IMG/VR virus record: IMGVR_UViG_3300042923_000569
Span: 124,001-188,000 of that record
Length of the DNA: 64,000 nt
Reading direction: 5' to 3' (one strand)
The notes beneath the pieces were generated by a model. The model worked only from the letters and a program-made list of their open reading frames with translations, had not been told where the DNA came from and did no database searches. Below, piece after piece: positions 1 through 11,251 of this stretch. The translations under genes were made by a program, and so were the position numbers. Numbering within the stretch: position 1 is the first letter of the stretch; each line of letters begins with the position of its first letter.

Positions 1-328
1 GATAAGGTTCTAAGTTATTTCGAACGTGAAGTAGAGCTTCCGACCATTGTAATAGACTTCCGATTTCAAATAAAAGTACTTGTGGCTGAATACCACGCTT
101 GCATTTAAAATCAAACATCCAAATCTCACCACAGTCAAGATTGTAAAAATCAATTGGGTTAGATTGGAAAATTGTTTTCTTTAAAGGACCAACTTCAAAA
201 GCGTCATATCGATCAGTAAGTCGTGCTACGACTTTATGTAATTCTTCGGAGCTTGGCTCACACGCAAATTTTACACGATATGAATATTCTGGAGTAAGGT
301 CGGTTAATATTTTTTGTAATTTATTCAT
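1..328 (-). CDS. hypothetical protein, probably virion-associated (partial, runs off window start)
   Basis: Manual translation from ATG at 328: MNKLQKILTDLTPEYSYRVKFACEP..., open to position 1; lies in the structural cluster. Confidence 0.7.
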   Translation of the reverse strand, partial: MNKLQKILTDLTPEYSYRVKFACEPSSEELHKVVARLTDRYDAFEVGPLKKTIFQSNPIDFYNLDCGEIWMFDFKCKRGIQPQVLLFEIGSLLQWSEALLHVRNNLEPY

Positions 329-355
329 GTTAACTCCGAGTCACAGTAATTTAAT

Positions 356-919
356 TTATTTATTACGTTTCATTGATGCAAGTAGCTCGTTGCGGGATTT
401 TACTGCCACAACCTTCTCACCTTCAATTGCGTTCGGGTCTGTTCCACCTAATGATACTGGTGTTTTGGATTTTTGATTTAATTCGATTTCCATTTTGTCT
501 TTTTTAATCTGCATATCAATTAACTTAATATCAGAATCGATTACTTTTGAATGTGCGTCTAAGGCAATCTTAAGCATAGCATTTGCAGCATTAATCATTT
601 CTGATGCAAATCTGTCTTCGCAATTAAAAGCACGGTCAAAAATATCTTCAAATTTATCTTCTGCCATTTTAGCCAAACGGTCTAAATGTGATTTACGACT
701 TGTAATATCAGGAATGTCTTTCAACTGTTCACGATATTCTTTCAGTTGTTGCATTGAACGTCTAGCTTTATCAACATCAACACCTGATATTTCAGTACTT
801 TCATCTTCGTCATCATCTGAATATAAGTCGTTCTCGTCATAGTCTTCACCAAGTAGTTTCTGTATATCTTCAGTACTAGCTAGACCTAGTGCTTCTTCAA
901 CACCACGTTTTACTTTCAT
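356..919 (-). CDS. hypothetical helical protein, possibly terminase small subunit (gp16-like)
   Basis: 187 aa; acidic N-terminus, helical core and C-terminal KSRNELLASM loosely resemble T4-like gp16; weak. Confidence 0.35.
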   Translation of the reverse strand: MKVKRGVEEALGLASTEDIQKLLGEDYDENDLYSDDDEDESTEISGVDVDKARRSMQQLKEYREQLKDIPDITSRKSHLDRLAKMAEDKFEDIFDRAFNCEDRFASEMINAANAMLKIALDAHSKVIDSDIKLIDMQIKKDKMEIELNQKSKTPVSLGGTDPNAIEGEKVVAVKSRNELLASMKRNK

Positions 920-920
920 A

Positions 921-2470
<1,550 letters not shown>

Positions 2471-2480
2471 AATTTATTCC

Positions 2481-3254
2481 TTATAGTGTCGCACCACCAA
2501 ATATTCTATCAACAATATCCAATGCATTATCTACTTTATCTGGTAGTAATGAGCTGATACGATCAGAATACATTTCCTCAATCATGTCATACTGTACACA
2601 ATTGTCTGGTTTAATTGTTAATTTAATAGTTAAGTACTGAGATGAACCATAATCAAGTGAGTCCCATGCTATATCAGTAATGATACAGCCATAGCATACC
2701 CAACGATCTAACGTACTTATTGCATTATATCCTTTACCACCAACAAAATCGTCAATAGCATTTACAAGTCCTGCATTATTTGTTATTGCAGTTGCAGAAT
2801 CCACTGCGGTATCACGAATTAGATTATTAAGAGAATCATCAGGGTTTGCACCACCAGTTGTTTCTATCATCATGCGGAATTTATAACCAGCAAATGCTTG
2901 TTCTGATTTTGCTGAAATTCTGCGTTGAAAATCTAATTGTTTTTGTAGCTGGCGAATTATCGCCTTTGCTGAATTATTGTCCACTGAATCGCGAATAGTA
3001 ATAGTGATCGGTTTCCAATCCCAACGACCTACATATGATGTATTAGTGGCGAATTGGTATAACTGATGTGTTTCAAAAGAAATACTTGGACGGTCAACTG
3101 ACTCTACATCAAGGGCAATATGGTCTTTCTCATCTATGTCTATACCAAAATTATAAACAACCACTCTAAACTTATGTTTAATTTTAGGTTGACCCATTGT
3201 TTTGTTACGACCACTAGGTAGAGGAACGCCGTATTTATCCATCATATTTGCCAT
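2481..3254 (-). CDS. tail tube-like protein (gp19 fold)
   Basis: N-terminus MANMMDKYGVP...QPKIKHKFRV nearly matches 3339..4028; WKPITITIRDSV motif. Confidence 0.68.
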   Translation of the reverse strand: MANMMDKYGVPLPSGRNKTMGQPKIKHKFRVVVYNFGIDIDEKDHIALDVESVDRPSISFETHQLYQFATNTSYVGRWDWKPITITIRDSVDNNSAKAIIRQLQKQLDFQRRISAKSEQAFAGYKFRMMIETTGGANPDDSLNNLIRDTAVDSATAITNNAGLVNAIDDFVGGKGYNAISTLDRWVCYGCIITDIAWDSLDYGSSQYLTIKLTIKPDNCVQYDMIEEMYSDRISSLLPDKVDNALDIVDRIFGGATL

Positions 3255-3301
3255 TATATTTTTCCCCTATTTAATATGGAATGTATAATTATATTTAGCA
3301 A

Positions 3302-3327
3302 TAAAAAAGCCCTGAACAAGTCAGGGC
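3302..3327 (-). terminator. intrinsic terminator
   Basis: GCCCUGA-CUUGU-UCAGGGC plus U-tract. Confidence 0.85.
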
Positions 3328-3338
3328 GATTATTAGTT

Positions 3339-4028
3339 TTATTGACCAGTATAGAAGTTAGAATCAGGTAGAGTCTCTGAGTTAATTGGTGTTGGACTAG
3401 TTGTAATCGCAACAGAATTCTTAGGAGTACCGTTACCAGCAACTTCATCACCAAGAGCTTGACCTTCAGGTCCAACTAGCACACAACCATCTGGTTGTAG
3501 TGACATGGTAATAACTTGAGCTTCAGAACTTGAATAATCCCATTCACCGAAATTAGAATCAGTAATGAAACATCCTTGACAGATCCAAGTATGTAAAGTA
3601 CCTTCATAAAGGTTAGTTAAGTTCTCACTATTTGAACCATCAAGTGCTTGAATCCACATTTCGAATTTGTACTGTGAAGCAGAGGTACGTGATTCTTGTG
3701 AATAGTAGTTAAATTCTTTACGCATTTGGTTCCAAAGAGCTTTCAATGACATGTTACCAACGGAGTCACGGAATGCAACTTCAATTGTTGACCAAGTATA
3801 TTTGCCTTTGTAGTGTGCAGAACTGTTATAACTGTGAACAGTTATATTTTCATGTTCAACATGTGGTGTACCAACAGTATTCGTATCCAATGTAATATAA
3901 TTCCCGTCTTCGGTATTACCGAATCCAAAGAAAACTACACGAAAGCGATACTTTGGCTTCGGTTGCTTCATTGGTGCACGGCTTGCACCTGGAATTGGAG
4001 CACCATATTTATCCAGTAAATTTGCCAT
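3339..4028 (-). CDS. tail tube protein (gp19-like)
   Basis: Directly downstream of sheath; PKPKYRFRV...YKGKYTWSTIEVAFRD...WDYSSSEAQVITMSLQPD; exact TATAAATA late promoter upstream. Confidence 0.78.
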   Translation of the reverse strand: MANLLDKYGAPIPGASRAPMKQPKPKYRFRVVFFGFGNTEDGNYITLDTNTVGTPHVEHENITVHSYNSSAHYKGKYTWSTIEVAFRDSVGNMSLKALWNQMRKEFNYYSQESRTSASQYKFEMWIQALDGSNSENLTNLYEGTLHTWICQGCFITDSNFGEWDYSSSEAQVITMSLQPDGCVLVGPEGQALGDEVAGNGTPKNSVAITTSPTPINSETLPDSNFYTGQ

Positions 4029-4067
4029 TAGTAAATCTCCTAAAATTTAAGGGAGTAATCTTTAATG

Positions 4068-4075
4068 TATTTATA
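4068..4075 (-). promoter_or_regulatory. T4-type late promoter TATAAATA
   Basis: Exact match upstream of the tube gene; the TAAATA core also precedes the sheath (~6843), neck (8670), 3254, i-spanin, ferritin-like, 38953 and Ig genes. Confidence 0.75.
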
Positions 4076-4109
4076 AACTTTCGAAGCTTGTCCGTGCATT
4101 AGTACAAAT

Positions 4110-4139
4110 AAAAAAAAAGGAGCCAATAGGCTCCTTTTT
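4110..4139 (-). terminator. intrinsic terminator after the sheath gene
   Basis: AGGAGCC-UAUU-GGCUCCU plus U-tract. Confidence 0.85.
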
Positions 4140-4140
4140 A

Positions 4141-6795
4141 TTATGAAGTTAAACTGTTTTCCAAACGGATTGGAATATAGATGAAGTTGATTGAACGAGT
4201 CGGAACAAGTGCAATATCCATCCACAATTCATTTGCGTCGATACGAGAAGTTGTGTTATTTGATTCATCACAAACTACTAGGAAGTCATAAAGACCATTT
4301 AGTTGAACAATTTCAGCTAGGAAGTTGTTAACAACTGAAGTGAACTCTTGACGAGTACTTGCTGTGTTCAAACGGAATAAGAACGGTTCAGCAAGAATTG
4401 CTAGTTGAGTACGGATGTATACAACAAGACGAGCAACGTTAACACGACTTAATGCAGAACTATCATCAGCAGCTAGTGTTTTATCACCATATACTAGAAG
4501 TCCACGGTTAGGACGCATTGCAATTGGGTTAATCTTGTTAACGTACATAGTGTCACGTTGACCTTGATTATATACTACTGGAGCATATTCACTTTCGTCA
4601 TTAATGTAACCTACAGATGCCGCATTTGTTACAACACCACGTTGTGTACCTGCTGGTGGATACCAAACATAACTTACGCTATCGCTATAAGCATATGTAC
4701 GCATCGCTACAGTACTACCAGGAACTGCAACTTCAGAACCATCAACGTTTGTACCTAAACACCATCCCATATACTGTGCCGCATATGAATAAGCAGTAGT
4801 ACGACCTACATCACCATTACTTGCAGCGTTGTTAGCATTGGTCGCCCAAGCTTGAACATCTGTAGCATTTGGTGCTAAACGTGCAGGAACATCAGTTACG
4901 ATGAAAGCAGTTTCTTTACGATCAGTATTAAGGGTAACTAGTTCGTCAAGTAGTTCAACATATCCAGGAGCACTCATTAGGTTGAATTGGATACTTTCAG
5001 CACGAATATCTTCGTTACTTACTACAACAGATGCTAGAGCTTCAACGATAATTTGACGTTGTGCTGCACGACCGAATAGGCCAGAACCATCTAGAGCTAC
5101 ACCACTTGCAACAGTCCAAACACCATCTTTCATCACTTTAACAACACCTTCAGTTGAACCCAAGTCCACTGCAAGCATTCCATTTTGATATAGTTCTGCA
5201 CTTGGAACATCACCAGTAGTGAAGTCTTCAAAGATTAGACCATTTAGTGTACTTTGGTCAGTACTATCAAGCTTAGTCCAAACACCACCTACGTTACGAT
5301 AGAATACATAACCATCGATGCCTTGTGATAGTGGTTGTACCCAAAAATCACGGTCAGCAGCAGGTTCATCTAACTGAACATACATGTTAGTTGTTGGGTC
5401 GATTAGATCCCAAGTTTCAGTAGAAACGTTAGCAACATATAATTTCACATCTAGTGAATCAGAGTTACTGAAGTTATACCAGTAAGTACCATTAGCTGCT
5501 TTAGCAGTTGGTGTACTTGAATCGACACGTAAATTTGCAACATTAACTAATGAATAGTTGCTGCTATCTACGGTTAGTTTTGCTAGTTCAACAGAACTAA
5601 AAATTTGTTGTCCAGAAGCAAGTGTTTTAAAACTGTAACCATTTTTATTAGTAACGATTAAAGAGTTAGTACCTGTAAAGGTAAATCCTGCGTTAATTAG
5701 GTCTGAACTTTTGTTAAGGTTAGTAATTAAAGATGCAACGTTAACAATCTCACCAGATTTAACTGCAACAACAGTTACTGATTTATTTAAGTACTTGATA
5801 GTTAGTGAACCATCAGCAGTAGCTACTGTACCAGCAGACTGACCAATTGGTGTTGCACCAGCACTGATTGCTGCGTCAGAACCAGACTGACGATAAAGTG
5901 AGAAGCTTTTGCTATCTTCATCAAATAGAGCACCGAAATATGTGTTACCGAAAGTACCAGATTTAGCTTCAATTTCATAGAAACTATTACCTGTCCAAAC
6001 ATTTACTTCAGTCCATACGGAAGTTAGTGAAGCGAAACGTTTTAGAACAAAGCGAGTACCAAAATAGGTAGAACCATTTTTAGTATAACCATCACGAATC
6101 CAAACATTACCTGCTTCGATTGTAGAACCGGTTGGAACTTTGTTGATTGGTGATAGATAAGTTTCAACTTGAACTAGACCAACTGCTTCGTATTTGTACA
6201 TAAGCATTTGACCAGTACTTGGAATATGACGTAGTACTAGGTCGTCTACATTTAATCCAGTGGTGATAACATCTTCAATTCTTTCGTTACTTACGATTGT
6301 TACTGGTTTAACAGCCCAATCATAGAAACTTGTTGGGTTTGCAATCTTAGCAACATATGCTTCGATTTGCGTTGCACTTGTGTCTAACCACAATGTACCG
6401 TTAGACACTGGACCAGTTGGCTCAGTTCCTGATGGTGCAAGTTGTGCTAGATCGATATCTGCACGAACAACGTATGCACGGTTTGCAATACCCATATAGC
6501 TATATAGAGCATGTAAACCATATTCGTTAAGTTCGTCGCCTTGAACTACAGAACCATTACTTGATTGAAATATTGGTGATCCGTAAGTTTCAAGAGCATT
6601 TCTTTGAGATGTAATAAGTTTAAGTGTACCTGCGTTAGCTTTAGTAGTACCGGTAGCAACTGAAGTGCTTCCAGTTACAAGCTTGTCTTGTGCAGTTGCT
6701 ATGAAAAACAAAGGCACGGTTCCGTTAGCACTTGTAGCACTAATAGTTTCATCGGTAACTGTTACACTAACACCAGGTGATTGTAAATCAGCCAT
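4141..6795 (-). CDS. tail sheath protein (gp18-like)
   Basis: 884 aa; N-terminal LQSPGVSVTVTDE; C-terminal WYPPAGTQRG, YGDKTL, LSRVNVARL, FLVVCDESNNT, INFIYIP motifs. Confidence 0.93.
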   Translation of the reverse strand: MADLQSPGVSVTVTDETISATSANGTVPLFFIATAQDKLVTGSTSVATGTTKANAGTLKLITSQRNALETYGSPIFQSSNGSVVQGDELNEYGLHALYSYMGIANRAYVVRADIDLAQLAPSGTEPTGPVSNGTLWLDTSATQIEAYVAKIANPTSFYDWAVKPVTIVSNERIEDVITTGLNVDDLVLRHIPSTGQMLMYKYEAVGLVQVETYLSPINKVPTGSTIEAGNVWIRDGYTKNGSTYFGTRFVLKRFASLTSVWTEVNVWTGNSFYEIEAKSGTFGNTYFGALFDEDSKSFSLYRQSGSDAAISAGATPIGQSAGTVATADGSLTIKYLNKSVTVVAVKSGEIVNVASLITNLNKSSDLINAGFTFTGTNSLIVTNKNGYSFKTLASGQQIFSSVELAKLTVDSSNYSLVNVANLRVDSSTPTAKAANGTYWYNFSNSDSLDVKLYVANVSTETWDLIDPTTNMYVQLDEPAADRDFWVQPLSQGIDGYVFYRNVGGVWTKLDSTDQSTLNGLIFEDFTTGDVPSAELYQNGMLAVDLGSTEGVVKVMKDGVWTVASGVALDGSGLFGRAAQRQIIVEALASVVVSNEDIRAESIQFNLMSAPGYVELLDELVTLNTDRKETAFIVTDVPARLAPNATDVQAWATNANNAASNGDVGRTTAYSYAAQYMGWCLGTNVDGSEVAVPGSTVAMRTYAYSDSVSYVWYPPAGTQRGVVTNAASVGYINDESEYAPVVYNQGQRDTMYVNKINPIAMRPNRGLLVYGDKTLAADDSSALSRVNVARLVVYIRTQLAILAEPFLFRLNTASTRQEFTSVVNNFLAEIVQLNGLYDFLVVCDESNNTTSRIDANELWMDIALVPTRSINFIYIPIRLENSLTS

Positions 6796-6885
6796 TTAAT
6801 CCTCCAAAAATCTTGGGTTTATTCGAATATTCGTATAATGTTATTTATTGGAGGATGAAGGGTATGGTCTTATAACGGGGGTTTA

Positions 6886-7521
6886 CTATTGGATAGAATC
6901 GATGATATTGTATGCTTGTTGATGTAATTGTTCTAACGTACCGTTATTATCTACAATGAAATCAGGCTTATTAATACCAACCCACCCATATTCAGAACTA
7001 TGAATATCAGTTAAAGATTTAGGTAAAATTAAATCACATGAGTCACGATGCAAATTATACTGATAAGCATCATAGTACCATGAAGGTAATACACGCTGAA
7101 CTTCAATAATAATTCCCGATTTATCACGAACTAGTTGTATTTCATTAGGGAAACGACAATCAGTAATGATAATTTTATCACTGTCTGAATTTAGAATACG
7201 TTTTTCTAAACTGAACAACCAGATATTGTCATGGAAATGTTTTCTAAGAACATCTGTACCCAAATTTTGTAATACCCATCGTGGAGTAACAGGGCGTCCC
7301 ATTTTATGGGACCAGAATTCATCTTCTTGTTCACGTATTGCACGAGATTCATCAGTGTTACCTTCTAACATTTCTCGATCCCAACCAAATATCACACTTA
7401 CTGCATCTTTTAATGATTCAGCAAATGATACTCGATGATAACCTTCATTGATAAAAACTTTAGCAAATGTATCTTTTCCTGAACCTATTGTTCCATTAAT
7501 TGCAACTATTTTACGTTCCAT
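6886..7521 (-). CDS. deoxynucleoside monophosphate kinase (T4 gp1-like)
   Basis: GTIGSGKDT P-loop, SFAESLKD, TPRWVLQNLGTD, IITDCRFPNE, HSSE. Confidence 0.92.
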   Translation of the reverse strand: MERKIVAINGTIGSGKDTFAKVFINEGYHRVSFAESLKDAVSVIFGWDREMLEGNTDESRAIREQEDEFWSHKMGRPVTPRWVLQNLGTDVLRKHFHDNIWLFSLEKRILNSDSDKIIITDCRFPNEIQLVRDKSGIIIEVQRVLPSWYYDAYQYNLHRDSCDLILPKSLTDIHSSEYGWVGINKPDFIVDNNGTLEQLHQQAYNIIDSIQ

Positions 7522-7555
7522 GTTTATATTCCTTTAAACGAAAAAAGGAAGAACC

Positions 7556-7813
7556 TTATTCAGATTCTTCCAATAATTCCCAGCTATACTCATAAAATTG
7601 AATCAAAAACAAACCTTCAGCCCACGCTGGGAAGTGCACTGAGATAAAATACATATTACATGTGTTAATTACTTCTTCGATTATTTCAAATGTTCCAGTA
7701 CTTCCATTAGTATCAGCCACAGACATGAGAAAGTTATGAACTTTTTCACTTAGCTCACCAGATTCACCACTGTATAAAACATCTTCATTACCTAAAAAAG
7801 CCATATATTTCAT
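7556..7813 (-). CDS. hypothetical protein
   Basis: 85-aa ORF filling the gap in a co-oriented gene run. Confidence 0.6.
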   Translation of the reverse strand: MKYMAFLGNEDVLYSGESGELSEKVHNFLMSVADTNGSTGTFEIIEEVINTCNMYFISVHFPAWAEGLFLIQFYEYSWELLEESE

Positions 7814-7851
7814 ATAATCACCACAACGTTTTTAATCATGGTGTATTTATA

Positions 7852-8637
7852 TTAACCAATAATGAACCCTAAAGGTGTACTACCATCTTCATAACGACGA
7901 AGGCGATCACGAAGTTCCTGTTGCATACGAATTGCGTTAGTAAGCAAATCAGCACCATCAAGAGAGAATGAACCTTGTGGTCCAGGAAGTGTTGCGAATT
8001 TAGAACGGTTACGACCTAAAATCATCATGGCTTCAGATAAAGCCCAATCACGTAACCAAGGATAAGTACTTTGAGTTTTGAATAAAAGTGGTTCTGGTTT
8101 ATTGTGATAAACGTGTAGAAGTACTTCTTCTTCACCTCGAATATCACGTTCCAATGTTAGCTTCTTAGTTACAGAATTCCATAAGAACATAATTTCACGA
8201 CCGAACATACGACCAACAGTTTCATCAAATTGATGGTACAAGTCATAAGTTAATAGACCACCACCAGTACTTCCACGAACTGCACTTAATAGATATGTAT
8301 TACTGTATGCTAATGAGAATGGGTCAACTGTAGAACCTGAACCTGAAACAACACCATTACCACGGCGATATATTCTACGAACAATTTCTACTTCTGTAGG
8401 TAGTTCATAAACTGAGTCTGATTCATAAAACTTCATGTGTAAGAATGCTTCTTCTTTAGAGGCACCCGCCCATGCACGATAGTTTGCTACTGCATTATCA
8501 ATACAAATTTCAAGTTGTTCATCAGTGATTTCAACTTCGATTGCACCTGCACCTAACATTACTGTAATAACACGTTTCATTTCTTCACGGTGATCGTACT
8601 GTGGAGAATCTGGATTACCAGCATAATTGTATGACAT
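7852..8637 (-). CDS. neck / head-tail connector protein (gp13-like)
   Basis: LGAGAIEVEITDEQLEICIDNA...WLRDWALSEAMMILGRNRSKF...GPQG..SLDG pattern of T4-like neck proteins; late promoter upstream. Confidence 0.68.
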   Translation of the reverse strand: MSYNYAGNPDSPQYDHREEMKRVITVMLGAGAIEVEITDEQLEICIDNAVANYRAWAGASKEEAFLHMKFYESDSVYELPTEVEIVRRIYRRGNGVVSGSGSTVDPFSLAYSNTYLLSAVRGSTGGGLLTYDLYHQFDETVGRMFGREIMFLWNSVTKKLTLERDIRGEEEVLLHVYHNKPEPLLFKTQSTYPWLRDWALSEAMMILGRNRSKFATLPGPQGSFSLDGADLLTNAIRMQQELRDRLRRYEDGSTPLGFIIG

Positions 8638-8686
8638 AAAAAAATACCCCTAAACATGTTTATATATCATATTTAGGGGTATAGTA

Positions 8687-9049
8687 TTAAAACGAAGTAC
8701 AGTTTTGAGTGAAGTACTTCAGACGTTCTGAATCAAATGGACCGATGACCATAATTTTAGTTTCAGTTTCACCAGAAATAAAATTAGTTGGTGCACCTTC
8801 TAAATTACAGTAGTATTCAATTTCGTCTAGTAGTTCTGAATTATCAGCTACGAATAGCTTTTGTTCACATTCTGAATCAACCCACTCATCAAAATCTTTC
8901 TTGAAAAGTTTGTGTTCGTTCGGCCCAGCATAAGCTGAACGCGTAGGGTCGAACTGATTCATAATTTCCATCCCAGCACGTACTGACATACGTACTAAAT
9001 CCATTGGTGATTGTCCTTTAACAACCACAATTGCCTGATGTACACTCAT
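8687..9049 (-). CDS. peptidyl-tRNA hydrolase 2 (Pth2)-like protein, catalytic motifs degenerate
   Basis: QAIVVVK...FDEWV...QKLFVA...EL...MVIGP layout matches Pth2; the GK-x2-AQ-x2-H and DAG motifs are not recognisable. Confidence 0.45.
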   Translation of the reverse strand: MSVHQAIVVVKGQSPMDLVRMSVRAGMEIMNQFDPTRSAYAGPNEHKLFKKDFDEWVDSECEQKLFVADNSELLDEIEYYCNLEGAPTNFISGETETKIMVIGPFDSERLKYFTQNCTSF

Positions 9050-9059
9050 TAGTTACCTA

Positions 9060-9401
9060 TTATACGATGATTTTATTGCTAGGAACAAAGATCTGAGATT
9101 CAGTTGTTTTACTAGCTTCTAGTGCTTCAATTGCACTGACATATGCCTCTGCGATCTGGTCTGAAGGTACAGAAACAGAAACGATGTTGTATTTGAAGAA
9201 AATAGTATGTTCGTCTGCATTAGTGATACCTTCTAGATAATCACGAATGATCATTTCACCATTTTCATCTAGACCGAACTGGCATGGATTACTAACAACA
9301 GTTGCATCGCTAGTATCGCTTTGAATAGTTGTGATTAGTGGGCCAATGCCGTTAATGAAAATGATTTTTACATTACTTGCTACTTTTGACATTTTTAACA
9401 T
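9060..9401 (-). CDS. hypothetical protein
   Basis: 113-aa ORF in co-oriented run. Confidence 0.6.
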   Translation of the reverse strand: MLKMSKVASNVKIIFINGIGPLITTIQSDTSDATVVSNPCQFGLDENGEMIIRDYLEGITNADEHTIFFKYNIVSVSVPSDQIAEAYVSAIEALEASKTTESQIFVPSNKIIV

Positions 9402-9416
9402 CCTTGTTATTTGAAC

Positions 9417-9911
9417 TTATAGTTCGTATAGATTCTTAGTTGCGTTTGTTACACGAGAGTCGATTATTTCAGCAATAACATTCCAGTTACCTCCGCCTAA
9501 ATCTGAGCCGATTTTAGGGAAGTGAAAATGTACGTCTCGAATTCCTGATAATTTCTTTAGTAGTGATGCTGTGTTATCTAAATCAATAAACACATTATCA
9601 ATTGCATCGTAACTTACATATTTAGCACCGTCTCGACCATAGTATTCTTGGGTCACTGCGTTGCAAATAATTAGATTTGTTGATTCTGCATGATAAATTA
9701 CCGAGCCAACCTTTAAATGATTGTTTCCATCTGAATATGCTTTATCATATTCATGATATGCGGAGGGAAAACGTCTCCGAAGTTCTTTAGCAAATCCAGT
9801 ACCCATTCTACCTTGAGCATTACAGCCATGAATAATAAAATGTACAGAACTTTCATCTTCCGTAATTGGAGTTAGGTAATCAAATAAGTTACCTTTAAAA
9901 ACTTGTATCAT
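9417..9911 (-). CDS. macrodomain protein (ADP-ribose binding/hydrolase, T4 Tk.4-like)
   Basis: KGNLFD...IIHGCNAQGRMGTGFA...FPKIGSDLGGGNW. Confidence 0.88.
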   Translation of the reverse strand: MIQVFKGNLFDYLTPITEDESSVHFIIHGCNAQGRMGTGFAKELRRRFPSAYHEYDKAYSDGNNHLKVGSVIYHAESTNLIICNAVTQEYYGRDGAKYVSYDAIDNVFIDLDNTASLLKKLSGIRDVHFHFPKIGSDLGGGNWNVIAEIIDSRVTNATKNLYEL

Positions 9912-9923
9912 AAAACCTCAGTG

Positions 9924-9950
9924 AAAAAGGACTTCCGAAGAAGTCCTTTT
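9924..9950 (-). terminator. intrinsic terminator
   Basis: AAAAGGACUUC-UUCG-GAAGUCCUUUU. Confidence 0.85.
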
Positions 9951-9952
9951 AA

Positions 9953-10192
9953 TTATAATCCGAAACGGATTCGCTTTATCTCTTTACGACTTTTTCTTGC
10001 AGTATTACTTTGGTGAAGTCTTAATGCTCGTTTATGGTCTTTCGACAAATACCACGTATCTTCTGGTACATCAAAATCACAATAACCGTCTTCCGTAATT
10101 GTTCCTAAGAAAGCTGACTTTTTAGGAATATCCACAGATGATTTAACACTTTCAAAAATGCCTTTAGCTAATTTTTCTCTGAAACTAAGCAT
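9953..10192 (-). CDS. hypothetical protein
   Basis: 79-aa ORF with basic C-terminus, followed by a terminator. Confidence 0.6.
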   Translation of the reverse strand: MLSFREKLAKGIFESVKSSVDIPKKSAFLGTITEDGYCDFDVPEDTWYLSKDHKRALRLHQSNTARKSRKEIKRIRFGL

Positions 10193-10239
10193 AATTTATC
10201 TCCCAAATTGTAATACGAAGGAATCTGTTTCCTTCAATG

Positions 10240-10584
10240 TTATTTAGGGTCGTTCAAATGTTCCGAAATAAATTGTAATACTTCTTCAGGAGTGCATACT
10301 GAAAGTACTTGACCAAGAATATTATCATAAAACTCTTTGTTTTCATGATACTTCTGAATAAGTTCAGTACGTTCAATAATAGACTCTGCCGTTGGGAGAC
10401 ATGGAGTATATTCAACTCCTAAGCTTGCAGCCAAATCTTTAACTTTTTGTAACCGTGCTGCATTACGATCATGCATTTCACGTAGTTTACGTTCACCTAA
10501 AGTAAAGTGAGATTTATTAACTTTAAAATGTGTTTCTTCATCTAAAATATAAGCATTAATCTCTGACGAATCCGGTCGTTTCAT
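10240..10584 (-). CDS. hypothetical protein
   Basis: 114-aa ORF in co-oriented run. Confidence 0.6.
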   Translation of the reverse strand: MKRPDSSEINAYILDEETHFKVNKSHFTLGERKLREMHDRNAARLQKVKDLAASLGVEYTPCLPTAESIIERTELIQKYHENKEFYDNILGQVLSVCTPEEVLQFISEHLNDPK

Positions 10585-10585
10585 A

Positions 10586-10993
10586 TTAAGCTCCTAGCTG
10601 ACCGAAAATAACATTCGCATCTTTACCATTATACTGACCATCATAATTAGCTTTAAGGTAAGGGAACATATTTTTCTTTTCTGCCATTGCTGGATTTTCT
10701 GAAATAGCTGCTTGCATAATTGCAAGTAGTTCATCATTAGAAAGTTGCTTAGGTAGGAGATTTTCTAGAAGTACTTTTTCAGCTTCTAGTACTTCATTAG
10801 TACTGTACTTAATAGAGTCATTAACACTTTCAAGTAGTTTCTTGATAGATTGAAGTACTACAGTATCTTCAACATCTTGTGCAGTAGTTTTACGTTGGAT
10901 CTCAGCAATGATTACACCAAATAGGCTATATTTTACTTTATCATTACCTAATGCTTTTTGTCGTTCCGTTTGAATGGTCTGGTAAAGACTCAT
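10586..10993 (-). CDS. GatB/YqeY domain protein
   Basis: MSLYQTIQ...EAEKVLLENLLPKQLSNDEL...YDGQYNGK pattern of YqeY. Confidence 0.75.
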   Translation of the reverse strand: MSLYQTIQTERQKALGNDKVKYSLFGVIIAEIQRKTTAQDVEDTVVLQSIKKLLESVNDSIKYSTNEVLEAEKVLLENLLPKQLSNDELLAIMQAAISENPAMAEKKNMFPYLKANYDGQYNGKDANVIFGQLGA

Positions 10994-10994
10994 A

Positions 10995-11231
10995 TTATTC
11001 TCCTTTTAGAAATGCTTCAAACTTATCACAGCCTCCTACATACTGTTCATCTACGAAAATTTGTGGTACTTGCCTTACGGGTTGTCCTACAATTTCTGCC
11101 AGATCAGCAGCAGTTAGACCTAGTGCGTCAATATCAATAAACTCTAATTCAAACCCATTGATTTCACAAATGAGTTTAGCACGATCACAAAATTTACATC
11201 CTTGTGCACGACCATACATTTTTACATTCAT
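10995..11231 (-). CDS. glutaredoxin (NrdC/NrdH-like)
   Basis: CKFC active site, VPQIFVD, VGGCD. Confidence 0.92.
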   Translation of the reverse strand: MNVKMYGRAQGCKFCDRAKLICEINGFELEFIDIDALGLTAADLAEIVGQPVRQVPQIFVDEQYVGGCDKFEAFLKGE

Positions 11232-11251
11232 AATATTCCCTTATTATGTAA

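Noticed and set aside
4041-4060. RBS-occluding hairpin before the tail tube gene
   Set aside because: The stem is weak and lies entirely downstream of the late promoter, so it does not fit the early/late gating model
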